64,000 nucleotides of DNA, from assembly GCF_009914755.1 (NCBI RefSeq), contig NC_060926.1. One strand, given 5' to 3'. The first letter of the stretch is position 1; the number at the start of each line of letters is the position of its first letter. The notes under the pieces are model-generated. The model saw only the letters and a program-made list of their open reading frames with translations, was not told the origin of the DNA and did no database searches. Below are positions 51,040 to 64,000 of the stretch, piece after piece. The DNA is from the human T2T-CHM13v2.0 reference genome, Homo sapiens. The translations under genes and the position numbers were made by a program.

Positions 51040-51393
51040 CAGCTTGAGATGAGCATCCTTAATCCAAAAACTGGAAATTGGAAATGTTCCTAAATCTGAA
51101 ACATTTAGAGTGCTGATGTGATGCCACTGTAGAAATTTTCACACCTGACTTCATGTGACAGGTTGCAGTCAAAAGTTTGTTTCATGCATAAAATTATTTA
51201 AAATATTGTATAAAATTACCTTCAGGCAATGTGTATAATGTGTACAAGAAACATAAATAAATTTTGTATTTAGATTTGGATTTCATCCCCAAGATATCTC
51301 ATTATGTATATGCAAATATTACAAGTTCCAAAAAAATTTAAAATCTGAAACACTTCTCATCCCAGGCATTTCAGAAAAGGGCTATTCAGACTG
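51040..51393. mobile_element. Tigger4b-like (TcMar-Tigger) DNA element
   Basis: TA|CAG...CTG|TA ends; 'gagcatccttaatccaaaaa', 'cacacctgacttcatgtgacagg', 'catccccaagatatctcattatgtatatgcaaatatt'. Confidence 0.9.
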
Positions 51394-51811
51394 TAGAAAT
51401 ATTACAACCTAGTTCTTTCTCCAAACAGACATCGGTATTTTGCAGGCTCCTAGTGACCAACACCAGTAATGTTTCTTTGAAGCTATTCAGGGAATTAACC
51501 TTAATGTGGTGTTAGAAAAACATTCAGACATGTATTTTTTGAATAAGAGAAAGTCAACTGCTCTTGAAGCCACTCTTTGCCAAATATCACTTGAGAATTA
51601 CAAGAACACAAAAAGCATCTCTAATGAGGAAGTATTAGTTAATTGTAAAACTTGAAAGGGGCAAGGGAATCTATTAAATAATATGCTATAGATAATATGT
51701 TTGGAGATATATTCAGGTTTTAGATCCAAAGACTTTGTCAGGAAAAAGAGGACTGAAAGATCTTCACCTGAGTTATTGCTCATTGTGGTAGGCACATTGA
51801 GAGAGCTTGTA

Positions 51812-53247
51812 GAAATTTGGAGGGCTCATACTTCCTGTTTTCAAAACTTACTACAAAGCTAGAGTGATTTTTTTTTTTGTGTAGTACTCTGGCATAAGGA
51901 GAGACAATAAGGCCAGAATTGAGAGTCTATACATCTATGGCCAATTGATTTTCAATAAGGGTGCCAAAACCATTCATGGGGAAATATTAGAATTTTCAAC
52001 AGAATGCTGGGTCAGCTAAGTATCTACATGCAATAGAATAAAGCACGACCCCTACCTTGCACCAAAAAAAAATTTTCACTCAAAATGGATCAAAGACCTA
52101 CGTACAAGAGCTAAAATGATCAAACTCTTAGAAGAAAGCAGAGGTAAATCTTCATGATCTTGAATTTGGCAATCGCTTCTTAGCTACAATACTTCCAAAG
52201 TAGGAACAGAATAAATAAATTGGATTTAATCAGAATTAAAAATTTTTTTGCATCAAAGGACATGATTCAGAAAGTGAAGACACAAGCTGTAGCATGAAAG
52301 AAAATATTTAAAATCACATATCTGATGATCCTAGTATCCAGAATATATAAAGAACTCTTACAACTCAATGGCAAAAAGACAAATAGCCAAACACAGAAAT
52401 GGGCAAAGGATTTGAATATTCATGTCTGCAAAGATGATATACAAGTGACCAACAAGCATATAAAAAGATGCTCAACATCATTAGACATTAGGGAACTGCA
52501 AATCAAAAACTGTGAGATGAGATACCGCTTCATCATCCACTAGGATGGCTATAATAATAATTTTTTAGAAACAGAAAATAACAAGTGTTGGTGAGGATAT
52601 GAAGAAATTGGTAACATTGTGCATTACTGGTGGGAATGTACAATGGCTCAGTCACTCCAAAAAAGTTTTGCAGTTCCTTGAAAAGTGAAACACAGAATTG
52701 CCATGTGACCTAGAAATTCTATTCCTAAGTATCTCCCCCAAAAAACTGAAGACAGGTACTCAAACAAATACTTGTCCAAGGATGTTCATAGCAACATTAT
52801 TCACAGTAGCCAACCAAAATATCTGTCAAGGGATAATTGGATAAACAAACTAGGGTATAAGTATACAATGGAATAGTATTCAGCCATAAAATTGCATGAA
52901 GTACTGATATATGCTACAATGTAGATGAACCTCAAAAACGTGTTAGGTGAAAGACATAAAAGGTTACAAACTGTATGATTCCATTAAAATGAAATATCAA
53001 AATAGGAAAACATGCATGAACAGAAAGAGGAATGGCAGTTTGCCATGGGCTGGGCAGGAGGAGAAAAATAGAGATTAACTGCTTAATGGTTACAAGATTT
53101 TCTTCTCTTTGGCGGGGACGGAAATGTTTTGGAACTAGACAGAGGTGGTGGTTGCACAACATTGTGAATGTCATTGAATTGTTCACTTCAAAATGGTTAA
53201 TTCTCTTCTATGCAATTTTTACCTCCATAAAAATTAATTAATAAAAG
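51812..53247 (+). mobile_element. L1MB ORF2 3' part plus 3' UTR
   Basis: 'aaaacttactacaaagct', 'aaatggatcaaagaccta', 'gatgctcaacatcattagacattaggga', 'ggaactagacagaggtggtggttgcacaacattgtgaatg'. Confidence 0.92.
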
Positions 53248-56200
53248 TCTATTTGAAAAGCAATTTGTATGACAGAGTGAGAGAGAAGAGCTGGTAGAAT
53301 ATGGCAGAGGTAGGTCCCCGTGTATCAGTTCACATAAGTGATGCTGTTTCTCTCCTATCTTTCACTTGAGACACCCTCTATGCCGTAGCAGTTTGCACAC
53401 AGCCTCTCTCCAAGTCAGTCTTTCAGGCAGCAGCACTAAAAGCCTCCTCCACCTCCAACCCTGCCTTTTGGCTGTAAAAGCACATATGCAGTCTTGAGGG
53501 TGGGGGTGAGAGGGATCGTTTTCTCATAATGGACCAAACCACCCGGGCCAGTGTGACTGAGGGAAAAAATACTAAGGTTATAGGTTAAGGAACTGAGAGC
53601 TAGATATTTTTGTAATTGTAATGATTATGGGCCTGGCGTTTTAAAACAATTATTACTTTTTTTTTTTTTTTTAAAGAAGCAAGCCCACACACCTAACACT
53701 CGTTTTCAGTTTTGTGCAGAACCTTCCCTCTCCCAGCCTGGTTGCTTCTGATTAAGTTCTATGGAAATAGCTCTGCTGGATAACATATGCATAAGTAATG
53801 TACAGGCATCCTTTACCCAGGATCTTTGAAATTCACAAAAGTTTCCATGGCCCCGTCTTATCACTCAGCGTGTTAATAATGCCGGCTAGTTGGCTTTCCT
53901 ACTGTTCAGAAAATTTCACTCCTGTGGCTTCTTGGCTGGTTTTGAGGAATCACTATATGAGATGAGTGAACTCAGCAGTGTGTTGGTATTTAAACTGTGG
54001 TCAGACAGTTTTAAAAAAAATGAAGAGAGGGGTTAGTTCATAAAAGACATTCATGAATGATACTGTTTTCCTTGTCATCCCTAGGAGGGTGTAAAACAAA
54101 TCTGTTAACATCCAAAATAAAAATGGAGGGCTGAGGATTATTATTTTTAGTGTCTCACCTTAGGAAAAAATTAAAAGATGCATTAAATGAAAAGATGCTT
54201 AAGACAATGTGGTGATTTTGTTCCAGAGAAACATTTGGGCCCTTTCCCTGGGAAAGGGGGTTAAAAGGTTGTCAGTGCTTTCTCCGGGGGCTCCATCTGA
54301 CAGTGAACATGTGTTTCTTCCCTTTAATCGACTCGCCAGTAGCCAGAAAGCTGCTTGTTTTCTGCGGAGGTTGTCAAAAATGATTTCAGTCTGGAGACGA
54401 TGAATGATAAAAGAGGTTTTCAAACACGGTTTTGCACTGTAGCATTCGCAGCCCCAGAGAGGAAAGATTGTATTACAATCGTGGTGTAAAGGGCCATGCT
54501 CCTTTGGCAAGAAAACAGAGCCTCCTTAAACCTGTTTGATACATCCTGGCATCTTAGGGAGCTGAAGATACAGGGAGGGACTTGACTAAGTGGATGCCCC
54601 AAAAAAAGTGGGGTGGTAGAGTTGCAGCATGTGGAAGAAAAAACCCAAAAGCCTCTCCAGGTGCTCTTCTGTCCTGCTGTCCACATGCATCTGGTTCTGT
54701 TTGAGAGCAGCTTTTAGGGCCACAGGTGGGGACAGATTTCAGAGATTCAAGTGGCAGAAGGAGTGGCTGCCACAGGCACTGCAGCTTCTCAGCAATGACC
54801 CTTCTCTGCTGAGGATGCTGCCTTTTCCGCAAGCAGTGCTGGGTGCTTGGGTGCCATCCATATTTCCTCCCTTGGATTTATGGGTATCATAAGCCGTCAC
54901 CGATGGGGTTTGTGTTTGGAAAACTCAAGAGGTTAGTTATGGCTTTCTAAAACATGTGACGCAACCTAAGCATGCAGAGAAAAATGAGGCTCACTATTCT
55001 CTGACATTTTCATCTTCTCAAGAGGAAGAAAAAATAAAAGCTGCAATTATTTCAGATCAGCTGTTCTCTTTTTAAGTATTCTCCCATTCCTGTTTCATTA
55101 TTCCAGGAGACCCCATTTTTGGAAAAGCCAATAAGGTATACTTGGAACATACCGAATGATAAACTCAGCGGTTATTTGCATTTCAAACATAAAATTATAT
55201 CTTTCACTTTACGTAAATGTAAGGATTTGTTGCAGAGTTACTTTGGTCAAAAGAAACTCCCTGAAGCATATGTGAGATTCAGTTTACAAAAACAACATTT
55301 GATTTATCTGTAACTTTTCAGGAACACACCAGTGATATAAATCAAGGTGTTAGTTACAACTACGCTTAAGAACTTCCCATTAAACTCTCAAACTGAAAAA
55401 GAAAACTCTAGACAAAAGTTTCCTAGAACCTAAGGCTGAAAACATGTTTCACGCAGAAGGTTTTTATTATTATCTTCTTAATGATATACACGGATACAAT
55501 TTAAGCTTTTCTTTTGCTTGCATAGCCAGATTCCATAACATCTCCGGAGCAGTAACTTGTATTCCTTTCTTTATTATTTCTGACAATATCTAAAATATTT
55601 TTAGCTCACCAGTGGCAAATATTTCCACCACTGTAGAAAGATCAGGGTGATAGGCAACAACTGTACCCACTAACCCAGAAGACCAAATAGAGGGGACTTG
55701 GGCAAGCTGAGCACTGAGCTGCCTTTCCCATCTGATTCTAATTTCTCTTCTGGCTATACAATTTTATCACCACACAACTCATTTTCTGAATGTAATCAGG
55801 AAAGAAGTGTGGATAGGGAGGGTCAGAGGCACCATACAACAGGTGCATGTGGAGAGTTGGGTGACACAGTTCAAACAAGCATCCCAGACTCCAGCAGTAA
55901 ATATATTGCTGGTTCCAGCTTTCACTGTGTAAGCCAATGACATATGCCCTGAGCTGATGAATGTGACAGTCACGAGGAAGGACAAACTTTCAACTAGTAT
56001 CAACCGCTGCAAAGTCTGAGCTGATGATCTTCTCAGTGCCAACATATTTGGCCAATGTCAGAGTGATTTGGCTAAGTGGGCTCAATCAACTGTTTTCAGT
56101 CTATTATAGTTCGTAATCCCTATTCAGGATAGAGTGTGCTGCAGCCTAATGAATGTGGTAATGGAATCCTTGTGTATGTTTTTCCACAGCAGGGCACAGA

Positions 56201-56930
56201 TTAGCATAAGTGTCATATTCTGTAGGCTTGCCCACTCTTATTTCTCAGGCATTACATATGCTATGGATTTTTCAACCGGATAATAATAGGATGAATATGG
56301 TCCACATCTGCAGAAAGAACACACCATTTTTAGAAAGCAATCTGTAATAAATCTCACCTGGAGGTGCACTATGATAGATTAACTTTGCACTTCTGCTTAA
56401 AAATGTAATATTTTACACCAAGGATCATGTAATCTGAGAAAGGAAGAATTAGATTGAATTTCATGCAGAGTTTTAAAGAATGTTGTCATTTTAGACCATG
56501 GGGTTGAGGAATACCTTACATTCCTCCCAGTTTGCCATATCTGTGGCAAGTTCAAAGCTCTATTTGCATGTCACAATTACTCAGAGTTGATGTTTTGTTC
56601 TCAGAGATGCCAAACGGGAGGGAAAGATATTCTTGATAGGAACGTTTCATGGAGAGAAACATAAAAGGGAGGTGGTGGAGAGACTGAAAAAGTAAGCTCA
56701 CTCTCCTATTCTGCTTTAAGAATTCTCGCTCAACAGCTAAATAGAAAGGCAAGCTACGAGAAAATTTTTCAAAAAGCATTTTCTTCCTGTAGTCCTCAGA
56801 AAGGCGTATCTTTGCTAAATACCAATCAGATCATTCAGAAGTTTTCCTAAGAGAAATTACACCTCATAGCACTCATGCTATCTTGCCTTTCTGGAAAACT
56901 GTTGTCAAACTTCTTTCTGATTCTAAACAA

Positions 56931-57665
<735 letters not shown>

Positions 57666-60600
57666 TAGTAATGATCTCAGTGACTGTGACTTCAGCAAAG
57701 CTTAAGGTAAACGTAGGAGCCCCCACTCCTCCCCTCCTTTTCTGCTATCAATGCAAAGGTGGTTTATTCAGTCTGAATCATTGGCCTCATCAATCCACAT
57801 AAATGAAACTCCATAGATTTTTTTTTTCCAGTGGCTCCTGTTTTGGCCCCTCCAGCATATGTGTTAAGGAGAGAATGGTGGGCTAAGAGTGAGAGAACTC
57901 TCAATGAACCTGACTCCACATCTCCTTAGGGAAGGAGGTACTCTCTGAGAGTCCCCAAATTTATGACTTGATTAAGGAGAGTGTAGGTCTGTGACATGCT
58001 CACCACTTAAGTGGTGGTTTAGTATGACTAATCAAAGAGGTTTTCCTGGCACCCAGTAAGTATCAATATATATAGGCTGGGCTAGAAAAGCATGTCTTGT
58101 TGCTTTTAAGTATGGAGGCAGGGGATCAGCCTAGGCCTATTAATCAGTCTAAGGTAAGTGCTGCCTCTATCTCATATTTTAATCTCCTCCTTTCTGCTGT
58201 GTTAAAGAAATCATATCTGTGGCTGAAATAACAGTTAGAAATGAAATTGTTTGCCAAGTGAATGAGACAATCAAACCGGTGGTTTGGAGTTGGGGATTAA
58301 ATATGAATCTCATTTACCTTTATTATCCGTACATTTCTCGCTAATCATCATAACTCAGACTATTTAAACTTTATTGAAAATGTAGCCAGAGTAATGGAGT
58401 GTTATTAATATTTGTTTGTAATAGTTCCAGCCTGGACTGAGCGAGTCTCGAGAAAGCCAGCTCCTCTCCTTTTGTGCTGAAGGGCAGGGGAGGGGAACCA
58501 AGATTGAGGATCAAGGCTGCGCTGCTTCAGTGCCTTCGTGGACAACCAAATTCCAGTTGCCAGCTTTCTTCGTAGGCATCTGTTCCTCACAAAATGGCTT
58601 CAGCGGAACATAACTTTCCAAAAGAAGAGCACTCCAGCCCCTGCCTCTACGTTCACCTATCTTTCTGAGTCAGCTTTTCAGCAACAAATGCCACCAAGCT
58701 AGTTAGCTGACAGTACCAACTACAGAAGGAAATCATGTTGGAAATGTCACTGAGGCCGGGCTGCCTCCCCGCCTGCACCCACAGCCTCTTTCATCTCACC
58801 ACCCATTCCTTCCAGAGCGGCAGAAGGAGACTGGGTGGCAAGTGTATTTAGGATTCTGAGGAAAATGTCTGTTAAGTCGACCTTGGTAACTTAACTGAAA
58901 CAGTATATGTGTAAATCCATTGAAAATCCCTGGCCTTTTACAACTTCTGTCCCAATGGAAATCAGATCACAGGACTGTTTACAAGAGACCACGATTCATT
59001 TGGATAAAGACCCATGACAGCACGGCCCAGGATTATTTGAAATTTTAGTAACCTAAGCTTTAAAAATATTCTAAAAGCAAAATAATGAGGGGCAGGTAAT
59101 TACCACAAGCTAATTACTTATGATATTTCATATATATAATCGAAGAACAATCTCTGTAAATGTCAACTCATGGCACTCTGGCAATCACTTGTAATTTTTA
59201 TTGTTTAAAGAAATGTCAGCATTTCCGTTTTCCCTAACTTTAGTTAACCTGGGCCCTTCACGTAGCTAAGTGGCCACCAGAAAAGCACTTTATGCTGTTG
59301 TTTCATAGCACAGCAGGTCCTCAGTTTTGCTGTAATTTTATTGCTGTAAAAAGAAAGCATAAAGTGTGTACAAAAGAATTTAAATGTTAAAATGAAATAT
59401 GATAGATGTACTCACAACTTTCTGCAAAGTTGATTTTTCATTCATGTTGCAGTTAGTTTTTTTTATAAGCTTGGCTAAAAAATTCAGGAGATTCAGAAAT
59501 ATGTGTGTTTAGTTGGTTTGTTTCTTTTTCTCTTCTTCCCCAGCCACTTAGAAATAACGACTGTGAACAAATGACCTCCACTAGAAGACTCCTTAACAAG
59601 TCGGAAAGAAGCAAGGAAAGGGGAAGATCATAGTGAGGGTGGACAAGACCCGAGGCAGAGGAACCTGAAGCCCGCCATTACCAGCGGAGCAGCTTCCGGT
59701 TGTTCACTTGACTTCTCTCTGTCTCTGCCTCCAGCACCGGTGATCCAGAGGCCTCCTAATGAGTCTCTAAATTTCATCGACACTTAAGTGGGAATCAGGT
59801 AGCTTCTCTGACTATTCCGAGTGTGGTTTCGCTAGCGGGAGTGGCATCTAAGTATGGAGTGTTTTCCCAGCACCAGGAAAAGGCTAAGGAAGGATGACAT
59901 GGAGAGGCCGGGGCTATACTTCCCAACTCTGAACTGGTGGCTAAGCAGGGCTGTGGTCAGTGCAGGATCTGAGAACCAAGGGATGTGGGAGAGGAATCTG
60001 ACAGTTCAGGGATCAAATGGAAACCAGTGAGGAGAGGGAAGCAAGGACATCTGGGAGCAGCACTGGCCACACTAGCAGACTCCCTTTGCAGGGAGAAGTC
60101 AGGCAACCGCTACCTAAGCAGAAGAGAAAAAGGAGCTTTGGGGAAATGGGCGGTGGGACTGTTCCCTGGGCAGGGCTGTCTCTAGGCAAAGCCAGGACAG
60201 AGGGGAAAAAGCAACATCCTCAGAGCCTATCCACTCTGCCCAGTTTACCCTCTTTTCTTTAAACTTCCCAACTGGGGAAGCCTCGTCATTGGTACCTTCT
60301 TCTCCATTCGTGGGTATTAAAAGTCCTAAAATAAAGACAAATCTCATCCTTGGAATCAACAACATTTTTGTGTGGAGCTTCAAAGCAGATACAGCGGGAG
60401 GCAGATGGGGACAATTTGGAAAGAGGAAAGAGAAGAGAATGCAAAAAGGCTGTCAGCGGATGGGAGTGAAAAAAAGGAATTAACATTTGTGCTGGCAAAT
60501 TCTTACCTGCTGGCTATACAATGGGAAAAAAAAATCTGAGAAAGGAAAAGGGAAGACATCAATACTTGCTTGACTAAATCTGACCAAAAATGGAAATATA

Positions 60601-61710
60601 TTGAAGGTTAAAGGGGAGTTAAGTTGAAATGTGAAGGCTCTAATACTAGTTTATACCGTATTTAGACTACTGTTTTTTACATTCTTAATTTAAAGTAACA
60701 TTCTGTAAAATGTTTACATTTCTATTATCAAGCTTTGCTTCCAAAGGGAATTATGTATTTCTTTGGAAAGTTAAAAATAAATTTGTTAGCATGATTTCTG
60801 TCTTACCAAATGGGATTTTTTTTTCCTGTTCCATGCTATGTATTGCATGTAATGAGGCACAGATTTCGACAATTTTATTCAGGTAAGAAAGACTATAGGC
60901 ACAGTGAAAAAGCAAACCCCCTCTTGTCCTGGTTTGGAACAAATGCTTTAAGATAAAAATTCCCCAGAAGGACATCATGAAATCTCCACTTATTCTTCTC
61001 CAACAGCTCTGATGATAGAATGAGTCAGAGAAAGAGGAACATTTAAAATGAGTGGTAGAATCAAAGTTACTGGTAAAGAAAGTCTCAGTAATTAAGGGGC
61101 AAATGAATTCATGAAAACATTAAGCTGTGAACGGGTTTTTTCTTAAGTTCCTGTTTATTTTTGGAAAGTACAACACTTGGATCCTGGATTTGGCTAGTGC
61201 AAAGTTTTAAGAGCAAACATATTTTCCATTTTAGACAGACACATCTCAAGCTTTTTTCCCTTAGTAATACACAGAATGTCTATATTCTAATCTGGTAAAA
61301 TTTTTGTCTTCTTATATCACTGTTTTTGGTCTTAAACCACTCTAATCCTTTTTGGACAACAAATGAAACCTAACTACTAATATTTACAAAATTCATGAGA
61401 AAATATATTGGTGAAATTCAAGAACTGGGAAGGATATATGTTAGAGCATTAAAAATGTTTTCAGATTCATTTGTAATTTTCTGAAAAATTTCTCCAGATC
61501 TTCAGCTGATCAAGCATGGAACATGAATGGCAGATAAGTAAATTTACATGTTGCTTTTTAAAAAAATGTTTTCCATCAAGCCATGATACATTTAGTGTTT
61601 TTTTCAATTCCTTCTAAAAACAGTGAAGATATATTTATCTCTTTTCATCTCTTATCCTAGAATGTTACTCTGATTTTGTTATTTTGTTACTGTTAGTATA
61701 AGAAACCCCA

Positions 61711-62010
<300 letters not shown>

Positions 62011-62044
62011 AGAAACCCCGGATTGTGTCCTCAGATTGTTTTAC

Positions 62045-62756
<712 letters not shown>

Positions 62757-62934
62757 TGAAGTCCAGAAAGCAAGTCATATTTCACTATTGTGGAGCACAG
62801 TGCTTCGCACCACACTTATTATTCATTGAACTATTAATTGAAATTTGAATAATTGAAATTTGCTCATTTTGAAGACCCAGGGGCTGCAGTATTCATGTCA
62901 ATCATTCTATATTTATTAAGTGCCCACTGTGTAT

Positions 62935-63165
62935 AATAACAGCAACAACCTACCAAACCCTCAATATGAAGCAGACATTAAGCTAGTTGCTTTACATAGA
63001 TTTTCTCTAACCTACAGTACTACAAAAGGGAATTATTCTTCCTCTAATTTAAGACACTGAATTATTGTGAGATTAACTAACTTGCCCAAAGACATCCTCA
63101 AATGGATCATGGAGGCAGAGTAAGAACTTCTATGGCCCTGCTTTATCCACTCCAGTGCTCCCCAG
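62935..63165 (-). mobile_element. MIR
   Basis: 'gagattaactaacttgcccaaagacat...tggaggcagagtaagaac'. Confidence 0.6.
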
Positions 63166-63267
63166 AGTGGAGCACTAGCCCTCTGGCTGTGCTTCTATGT
63201 GTTTTCTGGAACAGATGAGCTACCTGAAAATCTCCCACCCACTGCCATCATGGTTTAGTTCCTGGCC

Positions 63268-63545
63268 ACCTTCAAGTCTTTGCTTAAATACTAGACCTTG
63301 TCTGATCACTCTATTTGAATTTTCAAACCCGCCCTTCCTCCCAGACCCAGCTCTCACTATTCCCTCTCTTGTTTAGTCTGCTCCCAAGCCTTGTCATTTT
63401 CTTTCTCCCCAACTAGAATGTACTAAGAATGGGGAATTGGTCTGCTTTATTCATTGCTACTTCCACCATGTTTAGAACAATGCCTTACGCATACTAGATA
63501 CTCAATAAATATTTATCAAATGGATGAATAAATGAATGATGGAAT
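63268..63545 (+). mobile_element. L2 3' terminus
   Basis: 'tctccccaactagaatgta...ttagaacaatgcctt...ctcaataaatatttatcaaatggatgaataaatgaatga'. Confidence 0.85.
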
Positions 63546-63835
63546 GATATCTAGCACTACACAGGATGCTTTTAGATGAAACATGATCATTTATCATTTA
63601 TAAGTCTTTATTGTGTTCTATATTAGAAAAAGTTTAGCTAGCACATCAAAGCATGCTTTTGAAGTTATTGCTGGTACTGATATCATGCTTTCTTTTAAAA
63701 ACAAATATTTAAATGCTTTCTACCTTGGTCCGAGCAGCAGTTGTAGAGTCCATACATAAACAAAATTCACTGAGCACTGCACTTAAGATTAGTTCATTTT
63801 ACTCTGTGAAATTCCCCAATTTAAAAACAAAAAAT

Positions 63836-64000
63836 GGCCAGGATCTTGCCTGTAATCCCAGCACTTTGGGAGGCCAAGGTGGGCAGATCACTTGAGCCCA
63901 GGAGTTTGAGACAAGCCTGGACAATATAGTGAGAACTTGTCTCCACAAAAAATAGCCAGGAATGGTGGTGCATGTCTGTAGTCTCAGCTATTCAGGAGGC
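63836..64000 (+). mobile_element. AluJ, cut by the window end
   Basis: 'gcctgtaatcccagcactttgggaggccaaggtgggcagatcacttgagcccaggagtttgagac'. Confidence 0.92.

Noticed and set aside
60507-60535. Minus-strand 29-nt micro-exon (strong pyrimidine tract, CAG|GTAAGA)
   Set aside because: Very short, frame-shifting and isolated; such site pairs occur by chance.

Overview
This is non-coding human-type genomic DNA. A near-consensus AluYa5, a subfamily essentially specific to humans, points to human. I find no supportable protein-coding gene, RNA gene, CRISPR array or prokaryotic system; the ORF track is chance ORFs or translations of Alu, L1, L2 and microsatellite sequence. Much of the window is interspersed repeat: ten Alus, several L1M/L1P fragments, L2, MIR, L3/CR1, MaLR LTRs and hAT/Tigger DNA elements, often nested. 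Long repeat-poor stretches (about 2.3-7.3 kb, 53.3-56.9 kb and 57.7-61.7 kb) and CpG-retaining patches (about 31.8-32.5 kb and 36.5-36.9 kb) look like regulatory DNA. The best leads are an intact AluYa5 with a 14-bp TSD, a ~166-bp dispersed local duplication, two candidate non-coding + strand exons, a 220-bp purine-only (AAAG) expansion inside an Alu linker, and an L1PA with an inverted ORF1 snippet at its 5' junction. Repeat subfamily calls come from recalled consensus sequences and boundaries are approximate. I could not identify the locus or confirm a new biological system.
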